NCBI GenBank assembly: GCA_963746845.1
Contig: CAVVCZ010000006.1
Span: forward strand, 384,001 to 448,000
Reading direction: 5' to 3'
From: an uncultured Chloroflexia bacterium
Lineage (GTDB): Bacteria; Chloroflexota; Limnocylindria; Limnocylindrales; CSP1-4
Length of the DNA: 64,000 nt
Shown here: piece after piece, positions 9,751 to 19,691 of the stretch
Numbering within the stretch: position 1 is the first letter of the stretch
Layout: each line of letters opens with the position of its first letter
Program-made: the position numbers and the translations under genes
The notes under the pieces: generated by a model
Seen by the model: only the letters and a program-made list of their open reading frames with translations
Database searches by the model: none
What the model was told of the DNA's origin: nothing

Positions 9751-11877
9751 TCAAGCGCGGCCGGCCGCCGTTTCGTCCTCGCGGGTTCGGCCGGCGAGCC
9801 GGATCAGATCCTCGTGGAGCTCGAACCAGGCGCCGTGGAAGCTGTCGACGCGGGGTGAGGCGACGAACCGATGGTCGCCCGCACGGGCCCGATCGAGCGC
9901 GGCCGCGAGGCGAAGGCGGTACGGCGCCAAGCGGGGGTTCGCGGCGGCGATGGGCTCGAGCCATCGATCGGCGTCCGCGCCGATCGATGTCAGCCGGTCG
10001 AGGACCTCCGTGTCGTAGGCCGCGTCGGTGTGGTCGTTGACGACCGGTTCCCCGTCGGTCGGGCGGAGCTGCCACGCGGTGACCGCGTCCTTCATCCGGC
10101 GGTCCAGCTCGAGGAAGCCATCGAGCGCGGCGGTGGCCGCCTCCACGCCCCAGGCATCACGGTCGGCTTCCAGGAGCTCCGCGGCGCGGGTGCTCCCCGT
10201 CTCCGTCAGCCGGTAGGCACCCGCCACGGTCGCGGCGAGGCCGTCGACGACGAGCTGGTCGAGGAGGGGCTGGACCGCGTCGCCCGTCGACAGGAGCGCG
10301 TCGGCCAGGGTCGCGGTCGTCGCGAAGCCCTTCGTCGAGAGGCGGCGCACGGCGTCGTCGAGCGTGGCCGGGGCCGCCGAGCCGGGAGTCGCCGCCGCCT
10401 CCGCGGCCTCCTTGGCGCCGATGTCGACTCCGAGGTCGCGCGCCCAGCCGAGGAGTGTCCGCGCCTCCGCCACGACGTCCGTGCGACCCGGGATCACGCC
10501 GGCGAAGACCTCGCCGGACGAGCCGTCGATCGAGATCGTGTCGCCTTCTCGCAGCTCGCGGTCGGCGATCCGGACCACGCCGTCCCCGACGTGAACGCCG
10601 CCCGCGCCGACAACCGCCGGGATCCCCCACCCCCGCGCCACGACGGCGGCGTGGCTCGCGAGGCCGCCCCGCGCCGTGAGGATGCCCGCGGCCCGGGCCA
10701 TCCCGTGCACGTCGTCGGGCGAGGTCTCGGCGCGAACGAGGATGACGTCGACGCCGGTGTCGGCGACCCGCGCGGCCGCTTCCGGCGAGGTCGCGATCAC
10801 GCCGCTGGCGAGACCGGGCGAGGCACCGAGGCCGGTTGCGAGCGGGAGCAGGTAGCTGCTTCTCCCGGTCGAGACCTTCGGCGGATCCACGAGGAAGTGC
10901 GCCACCCGTTCGACCGCCTCCGTTCGCGACAGCGGGAACGACGGGTCCTCGGCCATGTCGACCGCGATCCGGAGGGCCGCCTGCGGGCTGCGCTTGCCGA
11001 CCCGCGTCTGGAGCATCCACAGGCGGCCCCGCTCGACCGTGAACTCGATGTCGCAGAGGTCCGCGAAGTGGCGCTCGAGCCGGTCGGCGGCCGACCGCAA
11101 CTCGGCCGCGGCCGCCGGGATCCGCTCGTCGAGGGCGGCGATCGGCTCGGTCGCGTGCGTGCCCGCGACGACGTCCTCGCCCTGGGCGTCGAACAGGACG
11201 TCGCCGTAGAGGGTCGGTTCGCCGGTCGCGGGGTTGCGCGTGAACCCCACGCCCGTGGCCGAATCGGGACCGCGGTTGCCGAAGACCATCGCCTGGACGG
11301 TGACCGCGGTCCCGAGGTCGTTCGGGATGCCTTCCTTCGCCCGGTACGCCTTCGCGCGATCGCTGTTCCAGGAGCGGAAGACGGCCTCGACTGCGAGGCG
11401 GAGCTGCGCCCACGGGTCCTCGGGCGGCTCGGCGCCGACGATGTCGCGGAACATCGCGACGAAGCGGCGCCGGCAGTCCTCGGCGAATGCGGCGTCGCCG
11501 GTGACGGCGGCCAGCCCGGCCGTGGTGGCCTCGTTCAGGCCGAGATCCAGGATGGTGTCCATCATCCCCGGCATCGAGACGGGCGCCCCGGACCGGACGC
11601 TGACGAGGAGCGGATCGGCGGCGTTGCCGAACCAACGCCCGACCGCCGACTCGACCTCGGCCATCCGCCCCCGGAGCTCGTCGTCGAGGCCGTCGGGCCA
11701 GCCGTCGGCGAGGAACGTCCGGCAGGCCTCGGTCGTGATGACGAGGCCGGGCGGGACGGGCAGCCGGAGGTCAGGTCCAAGCATCACCCCGAGGTTGGCC
11801 GCCTTCCCGCCGATGAGCGCGAGGACCTCGTCGGGCGGGAGCCCGTGGTCGTGGTCGAGGGGATAGGCCCAGGTCAT
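9751..11877 (-). CDS. ppdK: Truncated pyruvate phosphate dikinase (ATP-grasp plus phospho-His domain, no PEP/pyruvate barrel) fused to a wHTH/Rv1126c-like C-terminal domain
   Basis: GGKAANL, PLLVSVRSGAPVSMPGMMDTILDLGLN, VQAMVFGN, AQGEDVVAG, DIEFTVE, GGLASHAAVVARGWG; last ~200 aa are unrelated to the PPDK barrel. Confidence 0.82.
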   Translation of the reverse strand: MTWAYPLDHDHGLPPDEVLALIGGKAANLGVMLGPDLRLPVPPGLVITTEACRTFLADGWPDGLDDELRGRMAEVESAVGRWFGNAADPLLVSVRSGAPVSMPGMMDTILDLGLNEATTAGLAAVTGDAAFAEDCRRRFVAMFRDIVGAEPPEDPWAQLRLAVEAVFRSWNSDRAKAYRAKEGIPNDLGTAVTVQAMVFGNRGPDSATGVGFTRNPATGEPTLYGDVLFDAQGEDVVAGTHATEPIAALDERIPAAAAELRSAADRLERHFADLCDIEFTVERGRLWMLQTRVGKRSPQAALRIAVDMAEDPSFPLSRTEAVERVAHFLVDPPKVSTGRSSYLLPLATGLGASPGLASGVIATSPEAAARVADTGVDVILVRAETSPDDVHGMARAAGILTARGGLASHAAVVARGWGIPAVVGAGGVHVGDGVVRIADRELREGDTISIDGSSGEVFAGVIPGRTDVVAEARTLLGWARDLGVDIGAKEAAEAAATPGSAAPATLDDAVRRLSTKGFATTATLADALLSTGDAVQPLLDQLVVDGLAATVAGAYRLTETGSTRAAELLEADRDAWGVEAATAALDGFLELDRRMKDAVTAWQLRPTDGEPVVNDHTDAAYDTEVLDRLTSIGADADRWLEPIAAANPRLAPYRLRLAAALDRARAGDHRFVASPRVDSFHGAWFELHEDLIRLAGRTREDETAAGRA

Positions 11878-14132
11878 CGGTCGGCGGCCGCATCCTGGAG
11901 CGCGCGCCAGACCCGCTCGGGGGTCAGGGGCAGGTCGCGGATCACGACGCCGGTCGCGTCGTGGACTGCCGCGGCGACCGCCGGCGACACGGGCAGCAGG
12001 GCGCCCTCGCTCATGCCCTTCGCGCCGTACGGCCCCGGACCGTCCGCGTTCTCGATCGCGTCGCTCTCCATCCGGGCCGGCAGGTCCATCGTCGTCGGGA
12101 TCCGGTAGTCGATCGCCCCGAGGTTCCGGATCCGGCCGCCGTCGTCGAGGATGTAGTGCTCCATCAGCGTGTGGCCGAGGCCCATGATCGCCGCGCCCTC
12201 GTCCTGGCCGCGGACCTGCCCCGGATGGAGCGCCTTCCCGACGTCCGACACCGTGACGTGGCGCGTCACCGCCACGTCGCCGGTCTCGCGATCCACCTCG
12301 ACCTCGACGGCGGTGCAGTTGAACTCGTAGAACGCCGACGTGCCGCCGAGGGGGTGGTCCGGCTCGGCCTCCTTGCGGGACTCGCCGATGCCCATCACCT
12401 CGCCGCCCAGGCGGCCGAGGCCGCGCGCGGCGACATCGCGGATCGGCTCGACGCGGCCGTCCGGCAGCCGGACCTCGCCGCGATCGACGCTCACGCCGGC
12501 CGGATCGATCCCGTCCGCGGCGGCCGCCATCGCCCCGACCTTCGATTGGATGTCGCGACAGGCGGCCAGCACCGCGTTGCCCATCAGGACCGAGGACCGG
12601 CTCGCCGAGGTCTGTTGGTCATAGGGCACGACGGCCGTGTCGCCCATGACGACGGTGACCCAGTCGAGCGGGGCGCCGAGCTCGTCCGCCGCGATCTGGG
12701 CGAAGATCGTCCGGGCGCCCTGGCCCATGTCCGAAGTGCCGGCGTTGACGACGACGCTGCCGTCGACCAGGAGGCGCACGGTCGCGTACGAGAGACCGGT
12801 CGTCGGGCCCGATTTGAGCCCGACGGCGATGCCGCGGCCGCGACCCGGGACCTTCGGCCCGCCCCAGTCGATCAGCTCGGCCGCCCGCCGGACGGCCTGG
12901 GCCCAGTCGCCATCGGCCGGCGTGTCATGGGGGATGAACGCCTCGTCGGGGCGAGCCAGGTTCCGCAGGCGGAGCTCAAGCGGGTCGATGCCCAGCTGCT
13001 CGGCCGCCTCGTTCATGTTCGACTCCACCGCCCAGATCTGCTGCGGATTGCCGAACCCGCGGAACGCCGTCGACGGCACGGTGTGGGAGAGGACGCTCCG
13101 GGCGTGGATCCGGACGCTCGGCACGCGATACGGCCCGTTGGCGGTGTAGCTGCCCTTGGCCACCGTCCGGTCGGCGATGTCGGCGTACGCCCCGATCAGG
13201 TAGTCGGCCTCGATGTCGCGGAAGACGAGCGTCCCGTCGGGGCGGAAGCCGGATCGGACTTGCACGCTCGACGCACCGCGGCGGACGGCCTGGAATGTCT
13301 CCTCGAGGGTCAGGACGAGCCGGACCCGGCGGCCGGTCGCCCGGGCCATGAACGCCAGCAGTGGCTCGTACTTCGCGTGCTGCTTGCCACCGAACGCGCC
13401 GCCCGGATCCGGCGCGATGACCCGGACCTTCGCGAGCGGCAGATGGACCAGCTCGGCGATGACCCGCTGGAGCCAGTACGGGTGCTGGATCGCGCTCCAG
13501 ATCACGAGACCGTCGCCCTCCGGCTCGGCCATGAACGCGTGCGGCTCGATCGCGAACTGGGTGACCATCGGGAAGTCGTACGTCCCCTCGACGACCACGT
13601 CGGCGTCGGCGGCCGCGGCATCGACGTCGCCCCAGCCGTAGTGGTGGTCGTGCAGGATGTTCGTGCCGGCGCACGGGTCCCCCGGCCGGAGCGACGGGTC
13701 CTGGACCAGCGGCGCGTCCGGGGCGAGCGCGGAGGCGATCGTGTGGAGGGCGGGCAGCTCCTCGAACTCGACGCGGACGAGGGCGGCGGCCTCTTCCGCG
13801 GCATCCAGGGTCTCGGCGGCGACCGCGGCGACGGGCTCGCCGTGGTACTTCGTCTCGCCGACCGCGAGGACCGGCCGGTCGCGTCGCTGCGGCCCGAACC
13901 GGGGCATCGGATCGGGCAGGTCGGCGGCGGTCATCACCAGGCGCACGCCGGGCACGGCGAGCGCGGCCGAGGTGTCGATCGCGCCGATCCGGGCCCGCGC
14001 GACGTCGAGCGCGACGAGCTTCACGTGGAGGGCGTCGTCGTGGGGCAGGTCGGCGACGTATCCCTGGGCGCCGGTCACCCGCGCCCGTCCACCCCCACGG
14101 GCAGGCGACGCGCCGACGCCGTCCGCGCTCAC
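11874..14132 (-). CDS. Xanthine dehydrogenase-family molybdopterin-binding (large) subunit
   Basis: GGAFGGK, AFRGFGNPQ, DMGQGARTIFAQIAADELG, GPYGAKGMSE; GTG start at 14132 overlaps the stop of the Fe-S subunit. Confidence 0.92.
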   Translation of the reverse strand: MSADGVGASPARGGGRARVTGAQGYVADLPHDDALHVKLVALDVARARIGAIDTSAALAVPGVRLVMTAADLPDPMPRFGPQRRDRPVLAVGETKYHGEPVAAVAAETLDAAEEAAALVRVEFEELPALHTIASALAPDAPLVQDPSLRPGDPCAGTNILHDHHYGWGDVDAAAADADVVVEGTYDFPMVTQFAIEPHAFMAEPEGDGLVIWSAIQHPYWLQRVIAELVHLPLAKVRVIAPDPGGAFGGKQHAKYEPLLAFMARATGRRVRLVLTLEETFQAVRRGASSVQVRSGFRPDGTLVFRDIEADYLIGAYADIADRTVAKGSYTANGPYRVPSVRIHARSVLSHTVPSTAFRGFGNPQQIWAVESNMNEAAEQLGIDPLELRLRNLARPDEAFIPHDTPADGDWAQAVRRAAELIDWGGPKVPGRGRGIAVGLKSGPTTGLSYATVRLLVDGSVVVNAGTSDMGQGARTIFAQIAADELGAPLDWVTVVMGDTAVVPYDQQTSASRSSVLMGNAVLAACRDIQSKVGAMAAAADGIDPAGVSVDRGEVRLPDGRVEPIRDVAARGLGRLGGEVMGIGESRKEAEPDHPLGGTSAFYEFNCTAVEVEVDRETGDVAVTRHVTVSDVGKALHPGQVRGQDEGAAIMGLGHTLMEHYILDDGGRIRNLGAIDYRIPTTMDLPARMESDAIENADGPGPYGAKGMSEGALLPVSPAVAAAVHDATGVVIRDLPLTPERVWRALQDAAADR

Positions 14133-14629
14133 CGGGATGCGACCTCCGCGGCGCCGGCGTCCGCGGCGTCGGCCGCGGCCAGCACCGCCTCGATGATCTG
14201 CTCGTAGCCCGCGCAGCGGCAGAGGTTGCCCGCCAGCCCCTCCTCGACCTGCGCGCGGGTCGGGTGTGGCACCTCGGCGAGGAGGGCCTGCCCCGAGACG
14301 AGCTGGCCCGGGATACAGAACCCGCACTGGGCCGCGCTCGTGTCGAGGAACGCCTGTTGGAGCGGGCTGAGGGCTCCGGCCGTCGACAGCCCCTCGACGG
14401 TGATGACGATCGCCCCGTCCATCTCGGCCGCGAGCACCAGACACGAATCCACGCTCTGTCCGTCGACGAGGACCGTGCACGCGCCGCACTCGCCGACGAG
14501 GCAGCACTCCTTCGTGCCCGTCAGGCCGAGGTCGTCACGCAGCGCCTGGAGGAGCGTGTGGTGCGCGAGCACCTCCACGCGACGATGACGGCCGTTGACC
14601 GTTAGCTCGATCGAGAGCGGCTCCGTCAT
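14129..14629 (-). CDS. Xanthine dehydrogenase-family (2Fe-2S) small subunit
   Basis: GTKECCLVGECGACTV, QCGFCIPG, GNLCRCAGY. Confidence 0.95.
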   Translation of the reverse strand: MTEPLSIELTVNGRHRRVEVLAHHTLLQALRDDLGLTGTKECCLVGECGACTVLVDGQSVDSCLVLAAEMDGAIVITVEGLSTAGALSPLQQAFLDTSAAQCGFCIPGQLVSGQALLAEVPHPTRAQVEEGLAGNLCRCAGYEQIIEAVLAAADAADAGAAEVASR

Positions 14630-15489
14630 CGAGCGCTCGCCAGGCGCCCGACGGCGGCCGTCACCCCTCGAAGGCCGAGGACCCGGAGCATCGCCAGCCG
14701 GTACTCGGGGCTCGCCCGCATCGACGTCGGCGACGGGCTGGCGCCCGCGAAGAGCGTCTCGAGCAGGTCCCGCTTCGCGTCGTCCGGCGCGGCCGGATCG
14801 GCGAGCGTTCCGGATTCGTCAGCGACCACCACCGGCCGCGGTCCGACGCTGCCGTAGGCCAGCCGCGTCGTGCCGTCCGGCGCGACCGAGACCGCCAGGG
14901 TCACGGACGCGAGGTCGTGACCGCGTCGCCTCGTCCGCCGGAGGTGGACGGATCCCCGCGGCCCGTCGGCCACGGGAAGCTCGATCGCCTCGACCAGCTC
15001 GCCCGGCTCGAGGGTCGTCCGCCCGGATCGGACGAAGAAGGCGTCCAGCGGGATCCGTCGGCCCCCTCCGGGACCGCGAGCCACGATCCGGGCGTCGTGG
15101 ACGAGCAGCGCAGGCGCCGTATCGGCTGCGGGCGAGGCGTTGCACATGTTGCCGGCGAGGGTTGCCCGGTTCCGGATCTGGACCGAGCCGACGAAGAGCG
15201 CCGCTTCCGCCAGGGCCGGATAGTCGCGCCGGACGCGCGGGTTCGCCAGGATGTCGGTCATCGTCGTCAACGCCCCGAACCGGACATGGCCGTCGACCTC
15301 GCGGATCTCGCCGTCCAGCTCGACGACGCGCTTCACGTCGACGACGACGTCGGGCCGGATCGAGCCATCCCGCAGCCGGATGATCAGGTCGGTGCCGCCG
15401 GCCAGCAGCCGAGCCGCGGGCCCGTGCTCGGCCAGCAACGCCACGACGTCGCGAAGCGCCGTCGGTCGCTCGTACGCGAACGGTCGCAT
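14626..15489 (-). CDS. Xanthine dehydrogenase-family FAD-binding medium subunit
   Basis: MRPFAYERP, LLAGGTDL, QIRNRATLAGN, ASPAADT; start ATG at 15489. Confidence 0.93.
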   Translation of the reverse strand: MRPFAYERPTALRDVVALLAEHGPAARLLAGGTDLIIRLRDGSIRPDVVVDVKRVVELDGEIREVDGHVRFGALTTMTDILANPRVRRDYPALAEAALFVGSVQIRNRATLAGNMCNASPAADTAPALLVHDARIVARGPGGGRRIPLDAFFVRSGRTTLEPGELVEAIELPVADGPRGSVHLRRTRRRGHDLASVTLAVSVAPDGTTRLAYGSVGPRPVVVADESGTLADPAAPDDAKRDLLETLFAGASPSPTSMRASPEYRLAMLRVLGLRGVTAAVGRLASAR

Positions 15490-15496
15490 CGGGCGA

Positions 15497-16384
15497 TCAG
15501 AGGACCGCGTCGACCTGATCGAGCAGGACCTGCGGGGTCGCCGCCCGGACGAAGAAGAAGGGCCGGTCCGCGAAGCGCTCCACGAAGGCGGACCGTCGCT
15601 CGCGGAGCACATCCGTGTCGACCAGCGGCATCGGGATCCGCGGCGCGAGGAGCTCGTTCAACAGGAAGTAGTTCTGGAGAGAGTGAAGGGTCTGGAACTG
15701 GCGCTCGAACGGGATCATCTCGGCGAGGCCGGGCTCGAAGTTGCCGTCGATCGCCGGGAGGACGACGACGTCGACCACGCTGGGCTCCTCGTACAGCTCC
15801 CACGACGGCATGTCGCCGAAGAACTTCTGGACGCCGCGCTCCGGGGCCGCCTTGTCGGCCCGTTCGGTGCCCTCGGTCCGCTTCTTCAGGAAGACCGACT
15901 TCGAGCCCATCACGGCCCGCGCATCCTCGTCGATCACCGTCGTCTCGGTCGAGATGAGCGCGGCGCCGCGGCGGCAGGCCTCGATCTGGCCCATCGACTT
16001 GCCATGGTTCGATTCGCCACCGAGGAACAGCACCGTCCGGTCGCGATAGCGCACAGCCGACGAGTGGAATGGATGCAGGCCCAGCTCCTCCATCCGGAGC
16101 GCGAGCATCGTGACGATCACCTTCTGGATCGGGCCGGCGGGCCAGGGGCCGGTGAACGACATCCGCCGACCGTCGTAGGCGATCGACTTCTCGCCGTCCT
16201 GGCGCCAGACGACATCCGGATCCGGCAGGGTCACGTCTGGCGAGATCCGGACGTCGGCGAGCCGGTAGTTGAGGAAGCTGAGGTCGTCGAGGACGTGATC
16301 GCGAGGCTCCGCTCCGTACACGTCCACCCGCAGCCGCGCGGCGCCGGCGGACATCTCCTCGCTGAGCTGCAACGGGTCGTTCAT
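15497..16384 (-). CDS. HPr-kinase-like P-loop protein of unknown function
   Basis: FHSSAV...[12 protein letters not shown] resembles the HxxxV...GxSGxGKS signature of HprK/PEPCK-type P-loop proteins; translationally coupled to the upstream gene. Confidence 0.6.
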   Translation of the reverse strand: MNDPLQLSEEMSAGAARLRVDVYGAEPRDHVLDDLSFLNYRLADVRISPDVTLPDPDVVWRQDGEKSIAYDGRRMSFTGPWPAGPIQKVIVTMLALRMEELGLHPFHSSAVRYRDRTVLFLGGESNHGKSMGQIEACRRGAALISTETTVIDEDARAVMGSKSVFLKKRTEGTERADKAAPERGVQKFFGDMPSWELYEEPSVVDVVVLPAIDGNFEPGLAEMIPFERQFQTLHSLQNYFLLNELLAPRIPMPLVDTDVLRERRSAFVERFADRPFFFVRAATPQVLLDQVDAVL

Positions 16385-18135
16385 CCGCCCGCGTTCGTCG
16401 CCTCGAGCACCTCGACGGTCCCCGCCGAGCCGTCGACCCGGATCCGGTCGCCCGTCCGGATCCGCCTCGTCGCGACCGAGGTCCCGACGACGGCCGGGAT
16501 GCCGAACTCCCGCGACAGCACGGCCGGATGGGAGGTCGTCCCGCCGGTGTCCGTGACAAGGCCGGCGATCTTCGTGAACAGGACGACCCAGGCCGGGTTG
16601 GTCATCTGGCAGACGAGGATGTCGCCATCGGCCACGTCGTCGAACTCGTCCACCGTCATCACGACGCGGGCGATCCCGTCGATCCTGCCGGGTGACGCCG
16701 CGATGCCCGTGACGGGTCCTTCGGCCTTCGGCCGACCCTGGTGGAACCGCTCCGGATAGCCCCAGTTCACGAGATACGGGAAGGCGAGCTGGGATGGCGT
16801 CACGGTTCCGATCCAGTTCGGCGGATGGAGCGCCTTCGACGCCTCCCGCTCGGCGCGTCGCTCGGCCACCAGCCGGCGGGCGCCGACCGCCCCGGCGTCG
16901 CCGATCAGCATCCGCAGCTCGTTGTAGCGGAGGAACAGCACGTCGTCCGGCTGGTCCAGCCGGCCGGCCTCCACGAGCTTCCGGCCGAGGGCGATGAGGA
17001 CGAGGCGGACGTGCGCGTTCGCGCCCTGGTCGATGTAGAAGTGATGGTCCGGCGTGAGCGGCGCCATCCGGAGGTTCGTCTCGTTCGCCGCCCGCATCGC
17101 CGCGAGCCCGTCGCCGGTCAGCCCCGCCACGATCTCGTCGGAGGCGGCGGCGATGTCCTGGCGCATCGCGTCGATGGCCTTCGGGTAGTCGTAGTCCGTG
17201 TCGAGGTAGCCCTTGACCAGGTCCAGGACCGGCTCCATCTGCTCGCGGATCGTCGGGAACACGAACTCATGGCTCCAGACGGCATGCCACCCGAACTCGC
17301 GCTGGTACGGGACGACCCGCTCGGCGATGAAGCGGCGCCCGCGTTCCGAGGCACGCAGCCCGGCGGCGATCGCCTCGGCGTCACCGGCTCCGAAGATCGC
17401 CTTCAGCTCGGGGTCGTCGCGGACCTCGTTCTTCATGCGCCAGAGCGCCTCGATCGAGTCCCAGTTCCGATCCGAGGCCGAGTTCTGGAGCCGGCCGAGC
17501 AGCGCCTCGTCCACGGTGCCGCGGGTCTGCTCCATCACCGCCCGGAGCTTCAACGTCGCCGACAGCTGGGCGAAGTTCAGCATCCAGTGGATCTTCCAGT
17601 GCCGGTCATGGATGTCGATCGCATCCTCGAGCAGGGTCGCGGCCTCGGCCAGGGAAATGTCATCGACCGCGTCGAGACGCTCCTCGAGATAGGCGAAGTT
17701 GCGCTGCATCTCGGGGACGAGCCGGTCGCGCCACCAGTCCGCGAAATGCTCGCCGTAGACCGGCAGGACCGTGTCGAGGTAGGCGCCCATCCCGCCGGCG
17801 AACGAGGCGTCGCGGGGCACGCGGGCGGTGTAGGTGGAGCTGTACTCGGTGCCTTCGATCCGGAGGTCAGGGTCGGCGGGGATCGCGGTCGTGTAGACGT
17901 AGCCGTTCACGTTCTTTGCGAGCCAGTCGACGGCGAACGGCGTGCCGAACCGACGGAACATGTGGTCGCAGCTGAGCCACCAGCCGCCGATGTCGAAGAA
18001 CATCGGGCTGACCGGATGCGGGATGTGGAGATCGTCGTAGACCCAGAAGAAGTCCTTCTCCGTCTCGGAGGCCCACGTCACCGGGAACGTCTCGTCGCCG
18101 AGGAACCGGTCGAGGATCTCCTCCGGCTGTGCCAC
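16381..18135 (-). CDS. PEP-utilising enzyme with C-terminal phospho-His swivel domain (phenylphosphate synthase subunit / rifampin phosphotransferase-like), lacking ATP-grasp
   Basis: GIAASPG...[13 protein letters not shown]...[21 protein letters not shown]; long helical N-terminal domain; GTG start at 18135 with GGAGG RBS. Confidence 0.85.
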   Translation of the reverse strand: MAQPEEILDRFLGDETFPVTWASETEKDFFWVYDDLHIPHPVSPMFFDIGGWWLSCDHMFRRFGTPFAVDWLAKNVNGYVYTTAIPADPDLRIEGTEYSSTYTARVPRDASFAGGMGAYLDTVLPVYGEHFADWWRDRLVPEMQRNFAYLEERLDAVDDISLAEAATLLEDAIDIHDRHWKIHWMLNFAQLSATLKLRAVMEQTRGTVDEALLGRLQNSASDRNWDSIEALWRMKNEVRDDPELKAIFGAGDAEAIAAGLRASERGRRFIAERVVPYQREFGWHAVWSHEFVFPTIREQMEPVLDLVKGYLDTDYDYPKAIDAMRQDIAAASDEIVAGLTGDGLAAMRAANETNLRMAPLTPDHHFYIDQGANAHVRLVLIALGRKLVEAGRLDQPDDVLFLRYNELRMLIGDAGAVGARRLVAERRAEREASKALHPPNWIGTVTPSQLAFPYLVNWGYPERFHQGRPKAEGPVTGIAASPGRIDGIARVVMTVDEFDDVADGDILVCQMTNPAWVVLFTKIAGLVTDTGGTTSHPAVLSREFGIPAVVGTSVATRRIRTGDRIRVDGSAGTVEVLEATNAGG

Positions 18136-18284
18136 GGGCTGCTCCTCCAGGCGCGCGGACGGGGTTGGCGGCCGGACCTCGATCGGCGGTCGCCGCCGCA
18201 TCTGGTCGAATCCCTGCGTCACGCCATGGTGGCATAACGACCGGCCCCGGACGGCCCGGCCGCCCCGCCACCGCGGGTCCCGCG

Positions 18285-18987
18285 TCAGGCAGTCGTCTTC
18301 GCGGCCGCCTTCTTGCCAGTCCCGTTCGAGGCCTCGAGCGCCTGGCGTGCCTTCTCCCAGTCGGCCCGGAACTGGACGATCCCCGTGGTGGTGAGCGGGT
18401 GATGGACCATCTGCTGGAGGACCTTGAACGGCAGGGTCGCGATGTGCGAGCCGGCCAGGGCCGCCTGGGTCATGTGGAGCGGGTTGCGGATCGAGGCCGC
18501 GAGGACCTCGCTGTCGAGCTCGTGGATCGTCACGATGTCGACCAGCTCGCGGATGACGATCATCCCGTCCTGGTTGATGTCGTCGAGCCGGCCCACGAAC
18601 GGCGACAGGAGCGACGCGCCGGCCTTCGCCGCGAGCAGCCCCTGGTTCGCGGTGAAGATCAGGGTGCAGTTCGTCTTGATCCCCTCGTCCGCGAAGCGCG
18701 AGATCGCCTCGAGACCCTCCTCGCTCATCGGGACCTTGACGACGATGTTCGGGGCGAGCTTCGCGAACGCCCGGCCCTCGGTCAGCATCCCCTCGACGTC
18801 CTCGGCCACGACCTCGGCCGAGACGGGCCCGGGCGTGATCGTGCAGATCTCCTTGAGGACCTCCTCGTACGTCCGGCCGCTCGTCTTGGCGAACAGCGAT
18901 CGGGTTCGTCGTGACGCCATCGAGGACGCCCCAGCGGGCGACGGTCCGGATCTCGTCGATGTCGGCGGTGTCGAGGAAGATCTTCAT
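18285..18987 (-). CDS. tal: Transaldolase (small TalC/Fsa family); +1 frameshift near 18899-18900
   Basis: MKIFLDTAD...DGVTTNP joins SLFAK...[36 protein letters not shown] in another frame. Confidence 0.88.
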
Positions 18988-19017
18988 CGGGCGGGCTCCT
19001 TCAGGCTGTCCGGCACG

Positions 19018-19052
19018 AGTCTACGCGCCGATCGTGAACGCGCGGTTTCACG
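19018..19052 (-). promoter_or_regulatory. Putative promoter of the tal operon: -10 TAGACT plus inverted repeat CGTGAA-N8-TTCACG (candidate operator)
   Basis: TAGACT at 19023-19018; inverted repeat at 19033-19052 directly upstream. Confidence 0.45.
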
Positions 19053-19058
19053 GAATGC

Positions 19059-19133
19059 TCACGCCGTGAACTGCTCGCGCGGAATCTGCTCCGGATGACG
19101 CACCGGGTGGGAATCAGGTGGCGCCGCGGCCAT
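19059..19133 (-). CDS. Possible 24-aa peptide MAAAPPDSHPVRHPEQIPREQFTA
   Basis: GGAGG 7 nt before ATG at 19133; no recognisable homology. Confidence 0.3.
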   Translation of the reverse strand: MAAAPPDSHPVRHPEQIPREQFTA

Positions 19134-19321
19134 GCTGGCTCCTCCCCGAGCGTGGCGCGGGACGGTCGGCGGCGAGCCGGGTCCCGCGGTGCTCACGCCG
19201 TGGGAATTCGGTGTCGCCCGCGCGAGGGCCGCTGGATTCTGCGCCCGAATGCCGACCGAGCCGCTCGTCGCGGCTCGGTCGGCTGGTTCACGGACCGGTC
19301 GGGCCATCGACCGGCGCGATG

Positions 19322-19627
19322 TCACGGGAACAGCGGCTGGCGCTCCTCGGAGCGGAACGCCGCCGCGTCAAAGGACGGGACGGGCGCGGACGGCCAGACC
19401 AGCCGCTCCTCGGCCCGGAACGCCGGGGCATCGAATGCGGGTGCCGGTGCCGCAACCGGGCGGGCCGCGAGGATCGGCTCGCTCGTGACCGGCGTGACAC
19501 GGGTCGCGAGCAACCCGCCGACGAGGCCGCCCACGAGCGCGGCGGCGAACACGAGGGCCGCGAGCGTGCTGAGGGCGATCGAGCGCGACGAGCGGATGGA
19601 CGATGTGGTGCGTTGTGCGACGGTCAT
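19322..19627 (-). CDS. Small membrane-anchored/exported protein with two PxFDAxAFRxEER repeats
   Basis: AAGGAG RBS 6 nt before ATG at 19627; hydrophobic segment IALSTLAALVFAAALVGGLVGGLLA; repeats PAFDAPAFRAEER and PSFDAAAFRSEER. Confidence 0.65.
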   Translation of the reverse strand: MTVAQRTTSSIRSSRSIALSTLAALVFAAALVGGLVGGLLATRVTPVTSEPILAARPVAAPAPAFDAPAFRAEERLVWPSAPVPSFDAAAFRSEERQPLFP

Positions 19628-19691
19628 GGACATCTCCTTCGCGTGTCCTGGATCCTCCACGTCAGCCGGCCGGAGCATGTCGACACCAAGG

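Noticed and set aside
11874-15489. Aerobic CO dehydrogenase (coxMSL)
   Set aside because: Gene order fits, but the large subunit has AFRGFG rather than the form I AYRCSFR active-site loop; called a generic XDH-family enzyme
16381-18987. 868-aa transaldolase/PEP-utiliser fusion in the ORF track
   Set aside because: Artefact of the frameshift at ~18900; tal ends at 18285 and the PEP-utiliser has its own RBS and GTG at 18135
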